A stretch of 62,881 nucleotides of DNA, the filler included, from Craspedostauros australis (lineage: Eukaryota): assembly GCA_030167865.1 (NCBI GenBank). It is 6 parts of 6 records of this genome, joined end to end, with 100 filler letters (N's around TTAATTAATTAA, not from the genome) between each part and the next. Parts side by side here need not be neighbours in the genome. Positions count along the whole stretch, not along the records: positions 1 to 28,775 come from JALAGF010004285.1; 5 more parts are not named here. One strand, given 5' to 3'. The notes under the pieces were generated by a model. It was not told the DNA's origin, made no database searches, and saw only the letters and a list, made by a program, of their open reading frames with translations. The translations under genes were made by a program, and so were the position numbers. Within the stretch, counting starts at the first letter, position 1. The number at the start of each line of letters is the position of its first letter. Below, piece by piece: positions 1 through 11,002 of the stretch.

Positions 1-1765
1 ATGGCAGTGCATGGTACGGATAGAGCGCGTTGAATCGTTGCTTTTGTGCTGGTCTTTGCTTCATTGTCGCATTGACGGTATCGACATCATCGATCATTCT
101 CTGTCCTCGGCCTGTTTCATGTTCATTGTGTGCAGTGATCTCACGAGTCCGTGCTCAAGAAAGTGCATGGTGATGGTGTACTCGTACATGACGGCAACAA
201 TGCCGCCGCCGCTACTGTTGCTGTCTATGCGCCTGCTGATCACAATGTTGGCACTGACGATCGTCACATCATCGTCGATGGCGAAACACCATTTTGTATC
301 CTTGCACGGAGCTTTGTTGTCGTTGTTACGGATGTTCCAGTTTTTGTGACGCGATGTTGTGAGAAATATGGTGAGCAATTTTGTGTGGTCACAGAAGCTC
401 GGCTTGCCGTATTCCTCTCTCAACGGAAGTCGGGACTTAGCGAGTCACATGTTCATTTGGTCATGTTGTTAGGATGAGTGCCACATGGGACATGACACAC
501 TCGCAAGCACATGCGGAACACGATGGACAGGCGCGATCTCTCCCTCCAATCAAAAATTGATGTCTAGCCAAATTGTTCGATGTCACGTGTGAAAATGCTC
601 TGTTGTCCGATAGTTTGGGTGTGCGGACAGCGACATCGGAAGCAAGAATTCGGAAAAGACGGTCAGACACAATCCAACGCTCTGGCGACAGCGCTGAGAA
701 AGCTCACAACGTGCACATCCCACGAATCTGCTGCTTCCGTGTTTTTGGTGTGTATTGTTGCCACTTTACTGCGCGATCTGTCCCAACAATTTTCGCTCTT
801 TCCCACTTGGACGTGTGTGTGGAGCGTGTGCGCGCGTGAATTGCGCGAATTGCGCGAATTGTGCAGAGAGAGGTACGGCTGGTTGTTGGAAGCGAATGGT
901 GTGACATGAGCGGAAGAGACACGAGGGCGGTGCGGGTGAAAAGGAATGCAAAAACAAGTGGAGGAAGAAAACTGAGGGGAGACAATGAGCACCACACAGA
1001 GTCGTGATACCAAACCACACGATCGCTTCGTTGCTCCCAAATTTGGAAGTTGTTCCTTTGCTCTGGTGTTCTTGACCTCTGCCACTGGCATCATCTCAGG
1101 AAAGCACCTCCGCTCAATCGGATCTTCCGTTGAAGAGTCTCAGAAGGCAGAAGAGGCCTGTCCGCACCCGGTCATAGCACTGCAGAGGTCACCATCAGCA
1201 GTGACAACATCAGCGACGGCATCAGAATCGAGTGGCAGTAGAGCGGTCAAGTACGAACTACTCGTATTCCAGGACTTGCGATCTGCTCCCAACAAAGAGT
1301 TCCATCTCCGACAACGCATCACATCACATCACAACGCATGACAACACCACAAGCGAGCATCACAACTCAGCAAATCGAAGCACAAGGAAGAAGCGCAAGG
1401 CACAGCCCAACACGACCGAACACACACTTGAACACGATAGAAGAGAAATCGACAGGAGGCGCGAAGCCAAGAACTCACAAAGCGGGAACACAGATATCAG
1501 TTTTGCGTCGGATACTTGAGGACAAGCATCTGCCGATTCCAAGACCGACAGGCTCGTACACTCCGTATTCGTAATTCTCTCTCCCAAAGGTCACGAATTC
1601 ACACAATTCGGCTGCGCAACAGATCAGAGGACCATACGACCAACCAATACGATACGAGCCACTTCGAGTTGAACAGAGTAGTCACATTAGTGCTACAACT
1701 ATACTCTGCCAAGGCAACGAGTACGAGCAGACACAGAAAGTTAGATAGGCAGAACAGGATTGAAG

Positions 1766-4202
1766 ATGGAGATCACAACTTCCGAGATCGACGTGATCGA
1801 CGTGGTGCCTCTTTCATCTGAAGATGCGAATGGAGATGCAGACGGCCCCTTCTCTCCCAGTATGAGCAACAGCATCAGCAGCTCTGCAGACGAAGGGTTG
1901 ACAGATGCCACCTTCCCTACCTTCCCTCCCACAACGATCTCTTCAGGCCTGACGTCTTTGACAGATCCGCTCGATGCCATCTCCAATTCTACCTCTAATT
2001 CCACTTCAGCATCAGACGATGGGAACAACGGCGGGCATCACTCCAAAGCCATGACTACAGATGACATCTTCCTCACGGCTTTGGCCGTTGCGCTCATCTT
2101 CATGATGCTGGGATGCTCACGATCATCCATCCCTCCACCAGAGCTGCGCAGAGGAGAGCAGATCCGTCAGAGAGCTCAGGAAAACCTCCAGAGGCGCAGG
2201 CAGAGGCGGGAGCGACGCCGCGAGGAACGGGAGGCCAGACAGAAGATCAAGAAGGATACTCCGGAGCAGCGCAAGCTGTGGATGAGAGCCAACATGTACG
2301 AAACGGTGAGTCCAATCAGAAATCGCTGTGGTGGTCAACGTCACAGGCATGGCCACTGTCTATGTCGCTGTCACTTGCACGCGTCGTCCATGATGTACGC
2401 GCATGTTAGAGTACTCAATTGCATTGCCATCTGCCAATACATCCACCTCCTCACCCGTGCCACTGCCACTGCCATCGCACCAACACTCCAAATCCTCACT
2501 CATCTTTCAACAGACCATCCAAAAGCAAGAACCGAACGGTTACTTCTACTGGACAGTGCAGGAGGTGCTGGACTCATTCCACCTTTCCAACACCCTCTCT
2601 CGCCCGAGCAGCGCGGCTTACGAATCCAAAGGCGGCCTTGACATGAATGAAGATGAAGATGCTGATATGGATATTGAGCAGGGTGGGTCGCATTCTCAGA
2701 CCAGCGCTACCGCCCGCAACAACAGTAACAGCAACAGCAACACGGACGGTAGAACTGCATCAAAGCTACCACTGCCACCACCAACCTCCAGCCCGTTCTG
2801 TGTGCCCATCCTCACCAATGAAATGCTCAACAGCGATGTGGAAGAGGAATCAACCTGCATCATCTGCATGGAGGACTTCCAAGTGAACGACGTCGTCTCA
2901 TGGAGCTATCAGAACAACAAGCCATGCACGAGATCACGATCGAAGTCAAAAGCGACATCGGGATCGACAGCAACAGGCGCTGGCTCAGACATTGATGCAA
3001 GCGCAAATGCAAACACAACGGAAGAGTCTTCACCGTCATGGTGCTGTCGACACGTCTTCCACGTCGACTGCATCCAGCTGTGGCTGTGTGATCAGCGTCA
3101 GGATGATTGCCCGGCATGTCGCACAGAGCTTCTCGTGCGCAACCCGCATGACAGTGGCAAGACCGTGGATGTGCCTCATGCGAAGCAGCTATCGGGATCG
3201 ATAGATGTGATCCATGAGGCCGGCACGGCCAACGATGGAACAGATGGCAACAGCTCAGCGCAGCCTCGAGCAATGCATGGGCGGGAGACTGCACTCAACA
3301 CATCGTCGGACACCGCGGATACCATCTTCTCCGACAGCGGCAACGACACTGACAGCGATAATGACAATGATAACGACAACGAGAACGACAATCAAAGCAA
3401 CAGCAGCACTGGCAGCACCGATCACGATTCGGACAGTGATGCTGACAGCGCCAGCAGCAGAAATAGCAGCACGGAGGACGTCTTCTTCATCATGGGAGGT
3501 CTGCTTGTGAGAAGATCCTGCGCCATGCAGTCATCCGCCGCTGCAACCGCATCCATGGCATCTCCCATCCACACCAAGCCCGTGATGACGCGCTCCAGCT
3601 TCCTGCAATCCGCTCTCAACATGATGCCCATGTCGCCCATGATACCCTCCATCCCACTCAGACGCACGTTCTCTCAGGGAACACAGCAGCAGCAGCAGCA
3701 TGGCGGCAGATTCAACAGGCGCAGCTCCGAGGTGGAATTGCAATCAAGATCATCATCGCTCACGGTGACGCCAGGTGCAGCGCGGTCGGGGATGGCAGCA
3801 AGATCAAGGTCCGCTTCGATGGAGATGACCAATGATGTCATGTCCGCGATCTCCTTCAACCAAGCAAGTGGACTGCCTCCATTGCCATTCCAGCCGCCGC
3901 CCTTCGTTGACAGTGCCGATGATGAAGACTACACGCGTCGTCATGAACAGCAAGCACATTCGCAGCAACCGAGGCGACCGTCCATCACGGCATCGTTGAT
4001 GTCGGTGCTGTCCAGCCCCATCTCCATGCGTCGATCTCAGTCGGAGGGCATCCGACGTCAATCCCGGACTGCGCCATCATCCGCCTACCAGCAGGTCCTC
4101 CAGGATGGTGACATCAGCGAATATGAAGACGAAGAGTCATTGACGATGTTGGTCTCATCCGACGCGGACGTCGAAGGAGGCAGCGCACCGCTGGTTACAT
4201 GA
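1766..4202 (+). CDS. Single-pass transmembrane RING-H2 E3 ubiquitin ligase; predicted join(1766..2305,2514..4202)
   Basis: Exon 1 encodes an S/T-rich N-terminus, a hydrophobic TM (IFLTALAVALIFMMLGC) and a basic stretch. Donor ACG|GTGAGT at 2306 and pyrimidine-rich acceptor ...ctcactcatctttcaacag| at 2513 give an in-frame phase-0 join (MYET|TIQK). Exon 2 has RING-H2 CIIC...CRHVFHVDCIQLWL...CPACR. Confidence 0.8.
2306..2513 (+). other. Spliceosomal GT-AG intron (208 nt)
   Basis: GTGAGT donor, CTCAC branch-like motif and CAG acceptor; removal fuses ORF 1760..2641 and ORF 2403..4202 in frame. Confidence 0.75.
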
Positions 4203-5120
4203 TGATGCGACTGCTGTCCATGAACGAACCAAGTGACGGAAAGGATGTACATCACCACCACATTATCAATATGCACAACAATCACAATTACACCAACATT
4301 CACATTCTCAATCGTAAAGGCACGGTATCACAACGTGCCATGCAACCAATCACAACCCCATATTAGTACGAATATACATACTCTACTCACTCTACGAACA
4401 TACGCAGATGCGCGAAGCACTCGATGGAACAACGAATCAGTGTCCTTTCGGACGAGGATGACGCACAGCACAAGCACGATGTGCCCCACATGGTAACAAT
4501 AGTACTCTGCTCTACTCTACAAGTATCCCGTTATGATTCAGAACATTGTAGCAGTGACATCCAACCGACAGTCTCACCACCACAGGTGAAGCCGACAGGG
4601 GCGTCGTGATTATTGTCCCGCCTCACTCCAACCTCCATCGCGGATGGAAGAACCACACCATCCGGCTCGTACCAGTGCTCGTACTCCGATTGCCACAACA
4701 ACAGAACCTCCATCGTGAACAACAATAAAAAAACGAGGAATTGCACAGAAAAGGTGAAGCAGGTCTGTGCAACGGTACCCCAACCATGCAATTGCACACA
4801 CGGTCGATTTGTTCGACCCTTCACACCTTCCGAACGACGTACCCTACTCCCATACAAAGTCTATTGGAATGCTACATTTATTCTACATTAATACCCCTGC
4901 TACTCTACTCTATTGTACTCGTACTATGAATTCATGTAAATCTACCGCCCCGGTTGATCGATGGGCTCGTTCCGCACCACGGTTGCATTTGCGGCGTGAC
5001 ACGGCCTATGCACATGTGTGTGCATGCGCATGTTACAGTGGTGGTGGATGATAGTTCTGGTTCAAGTTCTGGTTCAGTGCATTGTGGTCGCAGCTGGATC
5101 AGGGAACAGGATACTCGTAC

Positions 5121-6776
5121 TTACTTGTGGCCACCCATCTCCTCGTCACCGTCGATGTCAGTTGAGTCCCCCTCATCCTCCTGACTGAACTTACCCAGAG
5201 CAGCTGCTTGTATGCCAACGGAAGCCTGAGAGGCTCGGGCTTGTCTAGTTTGGTTGCGGGCTTTGATCTGCTCGCGGGCAGCATCGATGGAGGACCGGAT
5301 GCGTTCGCGACGTGCGGTGGCGGGGTCCGACGGCGACGATTCCATGGTGCTGTGAATGTTGAGGTATTCGCTTGGAATCTTACCGGTACCGGCCTCTCCG
5401 ACGAGGACGTTGGTTCCCAAGTGCATGTTGCGATCGCTCTTGTGGTCTGGTTTCGCAGCAGCAGCACGTTCCTCTGGGGTACCGATGTATACCTCATCGA
5501 GCTGGAAGCCAGAGACGGCCTTATGGATGGAGGCAAGGACCCAGGCTCCGGAGCAGATGCCCGTGGCTTCCAGGAACAGACAGATCTGTAGGAAGACGTA
5601 CACCAGTGGGTTGGAGAGGAAGGCGATTGGGAAAGCGGACGCGACCAGCTGCCACATAATGGAGGCGACGATGGTGGTGATCAAGGCTCCAAGCAGCCCC
5701 GTGTTGAAGAACTCTTGGACGGTGTCAGAAACCCCAAAGATGTTCTCATCCACCCCGACCTCGACATCAAGAGTGGTGACACGGGCGATGATGAAGAAGC
5801 ACATGGTAACGCAGACCTGGCGACCGATCATGAATCCTGGAAGGTTGCGTCCCTCCCCGCGGAAGAGCACATGGCAGGTCTTGCGGGCCAATGGGTGATT
5901 CCCGCGTTCATTCTTTGCGAGCTTGGTGACGGCGAAGAAAGCGATCTGCATGCCTTCGAGGAGCCCGACGATGGACATGAAGACGAAGAAGAGGATGACG
6001 GCGACTCCGTTTGGCACCCCATCCCACATGGTGGTCTTCCCCTCGAACAAAGCCGTGAGCGTGACGGCGAGGGCAAAGAGCAGGATGCCGAAGGAGAAGA
6101 CGACGCGGCCCCAGAAGAAGATCTTCTGTGCGGTAGTGCGTGGAGGTTCCTTGGATTCGAGCGGCTTGCCGGAGGCCCTGGCAAAGAACATCTGGGCGGG
6201 GTAGCATGTATGGAGCATTCCAGAGAACTCGATGGCGAGGGCGACCCAAAGAGTGAAGACGGCGAAGTAGTTGTTGATGTAGTCAAGCATGCAGTGCGAA
6301 GCGTTGACCTGCGAATTGAGCTGCCCGGCCATGGTTGTCATGAGGATCATGGCGATGCCGGACTCGAGGAAGATCTGGATCATGATGTCTGGGAATCCGA
6401 AGACCTCGGAATCAGCGAGCGGGGCACCGCATTGGTTGATGGTGAAGACGATGAGAAGGACCATGAACTGACGTCCCATGAGGTAACGATCGAGGTTGTC
6501 ACCCTTGTGGACGAGGGAGGTGCATTTGTGGCTGGTCGGGTGGGATTCGACGTAGAGGTCGCGGTCCACCGGTGGGAGACCGACGAAAGCACCTTGCCCT
6601 CCCTCAACCATGTTGAGCCAGGCGAGGGCGGCGATCATGAGGATCAAGGCGAGGGCTGGGTGGACCTCGGACGAGACCTTGGTCTGCTTGTTGAAGATGA
6701 GTCCGCAGACGATGGCCATCGAGAAGATGAGCAACATCGTGGAGTAGATCGACTTGAAGAGTTGAAGCGCATCCAT
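5121..6776 (-). CDS. SIT: Silicon (silicic acid) transporter, full-length diatom SIT
   Basis: 551 aa with about 10 hydrophobic segments, four GxQ motifs (EGGQ, MGRQ, EGMQ, IGRQ), the CMLD motif, two pseudo-repeated halves and a short C-terminal coiled-coil. Confidence 0.97.
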   Translation of the reverse strand: MDALQLFKSIYSTMLLIFSMAIVCGLIFNKQTKVSSEVHPALALILMIAALAWLNMVEGGQGAFVGLPPVDRDLYVESHPTSHKCTSLVHKGDNLDRYLMGRQFMVLLIVFTINQCGAPLADSEVFGFPDIMIQIFLESGIAMILMTTMAGQLNSQVNASHCMLDYINNYFAVFTLWVALAIEFSGMLHTCYPAQMFFARASGKPLESKEPPRTTAQKIFFWGRVVFSFGILLFALAVTLTALFEGKTTMWDGVPNGVAVILFFVFMSIVGLLEGMQIAFFAVTKLAKNERGNHPLARKTCHVLFRGEGRNLPGFMIGRQVCVTMCFFIIARVTTLDVEVGVDENIFGVSDTVQEFFNTGLLGALITTIVASIMWQLVASAFPIAFLSNPLVYVFLQICLFLEATGICSGAWVLASIHKAVSGFQLDEVYIGTPEERAAAAKPDHKSDRNMHLGTNVLVGEAGTGKIPSEYLNIHSTMESSPSDPATARRERIRSSIDAAREQIKARNQTRQARASQASVGIQAAALGKFSQEDEGDSTDIDGDEEMGGHK

Positions 6777-8497
6777 GGTGACTTTCTTGGGTTTGTCTAT
6801 CCAGTCTCTCTCTGTCGCTCTCTCTCTCTCTCTCTCTGCAGGATGTGGAGCAGGATTTGTCGAACTGGTTCAATGATTGGGTGAGTAGAGCTGATTGGCC
6901 GGTTGGCTTCTTTTGATCCACAATCTGATGTTGTGGGAAGAGGATGGGTTATTTGATGCGGCCACGATGGTCGCAGTTGCAACAGAAACTGCGAATGTGC
7001 CTCTGAATGAGGATGATGGATGATGAGTGATGGATGATGAATGATAGTGAGGATGTGGATGTGGTGGATGATCAAAGCAATCGCGCGCTGTGACCGTCAT
7101 GGAGAATGAAAGCACGCCACGAGAGTGCACTTTTGCGTTCGATGAATGGTGCAGGCAAAACGCGCGAGCACCATGAGCATCGGCAATAGACATCATCGTC
7201 ATCGCCATCGTCGTCAACAACATCCATCATCGACAACCACAATAGCCTCTCACCTTACGGGAACTCTCCTCCACAAGAACCCGTACGAGGACTTCTGTCC
7301 GCGGCAGCCAAGGCACAAGTACGATACGCCAATGATGTTGACAGCGTGGTCACAATCGGACACCACGAATGCCAACAGGACCCTCTGGTCGTGGAGTATT
7401 GCTCTGCAGTACCCGACGACACCCCCATGTGCCTTCTAACATTGGCGACAGCACCTTCCTCGTCCAATGCCACGACTCTGCGTGCGCAGTTGTCGACACA
7501 ACTTCGCCAGGTGCCTGATGTCGGTGGCGCAAAAAGACAGCAACGGCCAACACGAACAATGACGGAACCAGCTGGACAATCAAACTGCCTGGCGAGCTCA
7601 ATCCTTTGGGTGGCATTTCGCCTTGCTCGGTTGCCAGTTTGGGCCTTTCTGCAGCTATTGGTGTCGCATGTCATGTCCTTCGCCCAGGCACAATTGTGAC
7701 ACGCCGCGCCGGGTGAGCGGAAAAGTCGATTCTTCCTGTCGCCCGTCGATCCCGCAAAACACCGTCAGGCGCGTTTCGTGCGACTGTCGTCCACATGATT
7801 GGCCCATTGCTTGTCACTCAGACGTGATTGACAACACAATCTGAAACAGAACTTCAACCAATCCTCACAACTTCGTGGGAGTGCCGGCGTGCGCGTTCCG
7901 TTGGTATTGATTCAAGACGAGAGCGGTTATTCATCTGCATTTTCGAATAATGGAGGAACTGAAACAATGTTGACTCGCATTGTTCGGTTTGATCAGATGG
8001 ATCACGACATTCTATTATATCGAGTCAAGAGATAGGACTACCATCGCAGCCCACTGCCAAAGTACCCGACAATTCTTGCCACTGAATGCGGTCACGCAGT
8101 TCTGCACCGTTATGGTATTGCACTACACGTCGTAAAGATACGACCTACGTACCCAACCATGCTCCATTCAGGACCACCGCACGATGGATAGAAGTGGTGG
8201 CACAGCAATACAGCAGCAGCTCTTACAATAAGTACATTTGGGGAATTCCAGACACAAAGGGATAGTATGTTCAGAGGGTGGAGGATTTGTTGAGTACTCC
8301 AGTTATGTTGGTCCGTGTTACTCTACCATACTATCATATAATACACACAAAACTAATATAATATAATATTATATAATACACATTCTAGTATACAACTCGT
8401 TCCAAAAAGTGGGCGTTGCGACGAAGGACGAGCATCTTGCCGTTGATGCTTGATCGAAGCGTGGCATGATACCATACCATCCAAATCCTCTTCTCGA

Positions 8498-9163
8498 TCA
8501 TGGACGGCGGAAGGCGTTGCCGAAGAATGTTCGGATGCCAGCAGTCTCCATCTTCTTTGTCCTTGATCGCCCCTTGGTTCCTGCCCACTTGGTGCATCTT
8601 CGAAGACTGGGGAAGGATAGGGTGCGGATGGGGTGTTTCAGTTTGGGCTGTTGCTCATCCTGCGCCTTCTGTTTCTGCTCCATGACTTCCGGGATGCACG
8701 CCTCGTCGGACTTGCCAATGACACGGGCCATGCGACGGCAGCTGCGTGACAAGGCGCGGCTTGCCTGGGAGATCTTTTCATCGTCGGACGTGCCCTGGGT
8801 CCATTGCTTGCACTGCTCGTCGAGGACGCCTTGGACGACCCTCAGAGTCCTGGTCTTTCGTCTGATGCTGGCGCTGGCCGACCTCAGCTCCAGTCCTCTG
8901 ACATCGTGCTCATCGCCAAGCAGCGAGGATGAGAGACTGTCATTGTCGCTGGTGTCGAGGGTTCTGGCGGTAGAGTCATCGCCTGAAGCGGCGGCCGCTC
9001 TGTTGCGCATGATCTCCTTGAGGAGCTGTTCGTCTCGGTCCTGCAGTTTGGCCAGCTCCAATCTGGAAAGCCAGATCTGTCTTGCCTCCGCGAACGAGTA
9101 GCATGCTCGCGATTCGACCTCGATCACGACATTCCTGTCTTCTGCGAATGAAACGGATGGCAT
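8498..9163 (-). CDS. Hypothetical protein of a diatom-type family (VSF...W.S..EL...RGLE...VL.EQ..Q pattern)
   Basis: 221-aa ATG ORF preceded by an AC-rich leader; motif layout resembles a common uncharacterised diatom family (recognised from memory). Confidence 0.7.
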   Translation of the reverse strand: MPSVSFAEDRNVVIEVESRACYSFAEARQIWLSRLELAKLQDRDEQLLKEIMRNRAAAASGDDSTARTLDTSDNDSLSSSLLGDEHDVRGLELRSASASIRRKTRTLRVVQGVLDEQCKQWTQGTSDDEKISQASRALSRSCRRMARVIGKSDEACIPEVMEQKQKAQDEQQPKLKHPIRTLSFPSLRRCTKWAGTKGRSRTKKMETAGIRTFFGNAFRRP

Positions 9164-10792
9164 GGTTGTTGTTGCTGCTGATGTTGCTGCTGCTGCTGTT
9201 GTTTGTTGGGGGTGCGCTAGGGAGTGGTGGTGGTACTGTGGTGTTTGTGTTTGTGTTCAGATCTGGTTTGGTTTTTGTGTGTTCATGGGATGCACGAGCG
9301 TCCTCGTGTTCGAGTGGGCAGGAGTGGATGCGGCTCGTATGGCATGGGTATGGTACGGAGGCACACAGAGCACACAACAACGATGGAGGGAACGACATAC
9401 GTACTCACGCGTGTATAGTAGTACTCAACGTGGTTCACTCTCGGAGGCCACCAGGGAGGCGGAGGACGCACCCAACAGCTTCGCCCGCCTGTGGATTCAT
9501 CCAAACAACTACCATGCACAGCATCGGTTCGTACCACGTTGACAGCACCCATGACCATCAGCATTACAAGCTCACGATAGTGATTGGACAAACAGAGTTG
9601 ATGTTCTCGAAATAACGAGCCGAACCGAACGGGATGAAACATGCTGTCCGGTACGTTTGCGCTTCAAGAACAGAACAGAAGAGGGAATTGTCTGGGACAC
9701 ATCATGATGTTTCCTGGTTACCTCTGCGATCTTTGTTTTCTCGTGTTGTTTTGACCCTCACCTCCTCACATTTTGGCATCTCGGACACCTCGAGCGTGCC
9801 CATCATCGCAGCATAATAGGTACGTACGGGTAAGCAACCAGAACCCCACTTCTCTCTCCGGAGGGGGAGAGCACTCTGAGTCGCTCGCGGAAAGGGACTT
9901 GTCTGTCATCTTTCTCACCTCATGTTCAATCTTGCAACCGAAATCGTCTTCCTACACTTTGCGACGATCGTATTTGTACGTGCGTCTGAGAATGGCATTA
10001 TCGTTGTATGGCATAACGGAGGCAGAGCCAAGATGTTTGATGCTATTCGTGCGGGGCCTTCGGATGCCAGGCGCGTACCATAGGTCGTGCGCAAAGCACC
10101 TGATGTCTGGGTCCAAGACCTCCTTTCGTCTTGGTTGTCAAACAGATCGTCCCAAGGATAAAACACTCCTCCCTGACTTCTATTCTACATTGCCCATGCA
10201 TACCATACCATACGTACGTACTTACGATACGGATGCTGAACCTGATGATGATGTTGACGCTGATGCAAGGACTCGAACGACGTGTGGGATGGCTTAGATC
10301 TTTGGGTGTTCGTCAGAAAACACCCACGTCTTCTGTATCCGCAGGTGCGCTTCGTTACTCTCAAGGGCTCTGGTTCGACCAAGCGGATGCGAATACGTAC
10401 CAGGCAAACATTGGCAGGACGTGCTCATGACGTATGGCACGTGCATTGGTGACTCGTATCCCATGAATCAAACGCAGTACGAGCTCCACCCACATTCAGA
10501 TACTCTTGGACGATCTTGGACACTCTTGGGCTGCGTATGGTGCTGTACGAGCACCGTAACATCTCTTGTTCACGCAAGGTACCATGTGTGGACGTGCATC
10601 GCCATCTCGCGGAGCCACTCTGGTGCAAAGTTGGCTCTGGCTCCATCCCCAGCCTCTCTCTCTAGAATGTGGGCAAAGCCTCTGTCCTTGCCCCACCACG
10701 CCCAACTGCCAACTCTCTGCCTACGATGGATGGTGCATCAGACGAATCAACAAAAGCAGCAGACGTAAAAAGATGAACCCGCATCATTGTGC

Positions 10793-10796
<4 letters not shown>

Positions 10797-10835
<39 letters not shown>
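10797..10835 (+). repeat. (CT)n microsatellite
   Basis: Directly visible run of about 19 CT units. Confidence 0.9.
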
Positions 10836-10837
<2 letters not shown>

Positions 10838-11002
10838 GAGTCTTCAGTGCTGTTTGCCGCTGGTGTACATACATATTGACTCACAGAAAGCAGGATTCTG
10901 GTCTCGAGCATGTTGGGGGTAGGCTGCGAGTATAGCATTGCGTTATATAATGCGTACTAGTATGAGATGTAATCGTGTCGAGTGCTCTGGTGACGCTACG
11001 CT

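Noticed and set aside
1..480. Short ORFs at the window start
   Set aside because: No frame gives a convincing protein.
5715..6884. 389-aa + strand ORF overlapping SIT
   Set aside because: Antisense shadow of a codon-biased gene; no recognisable domain.
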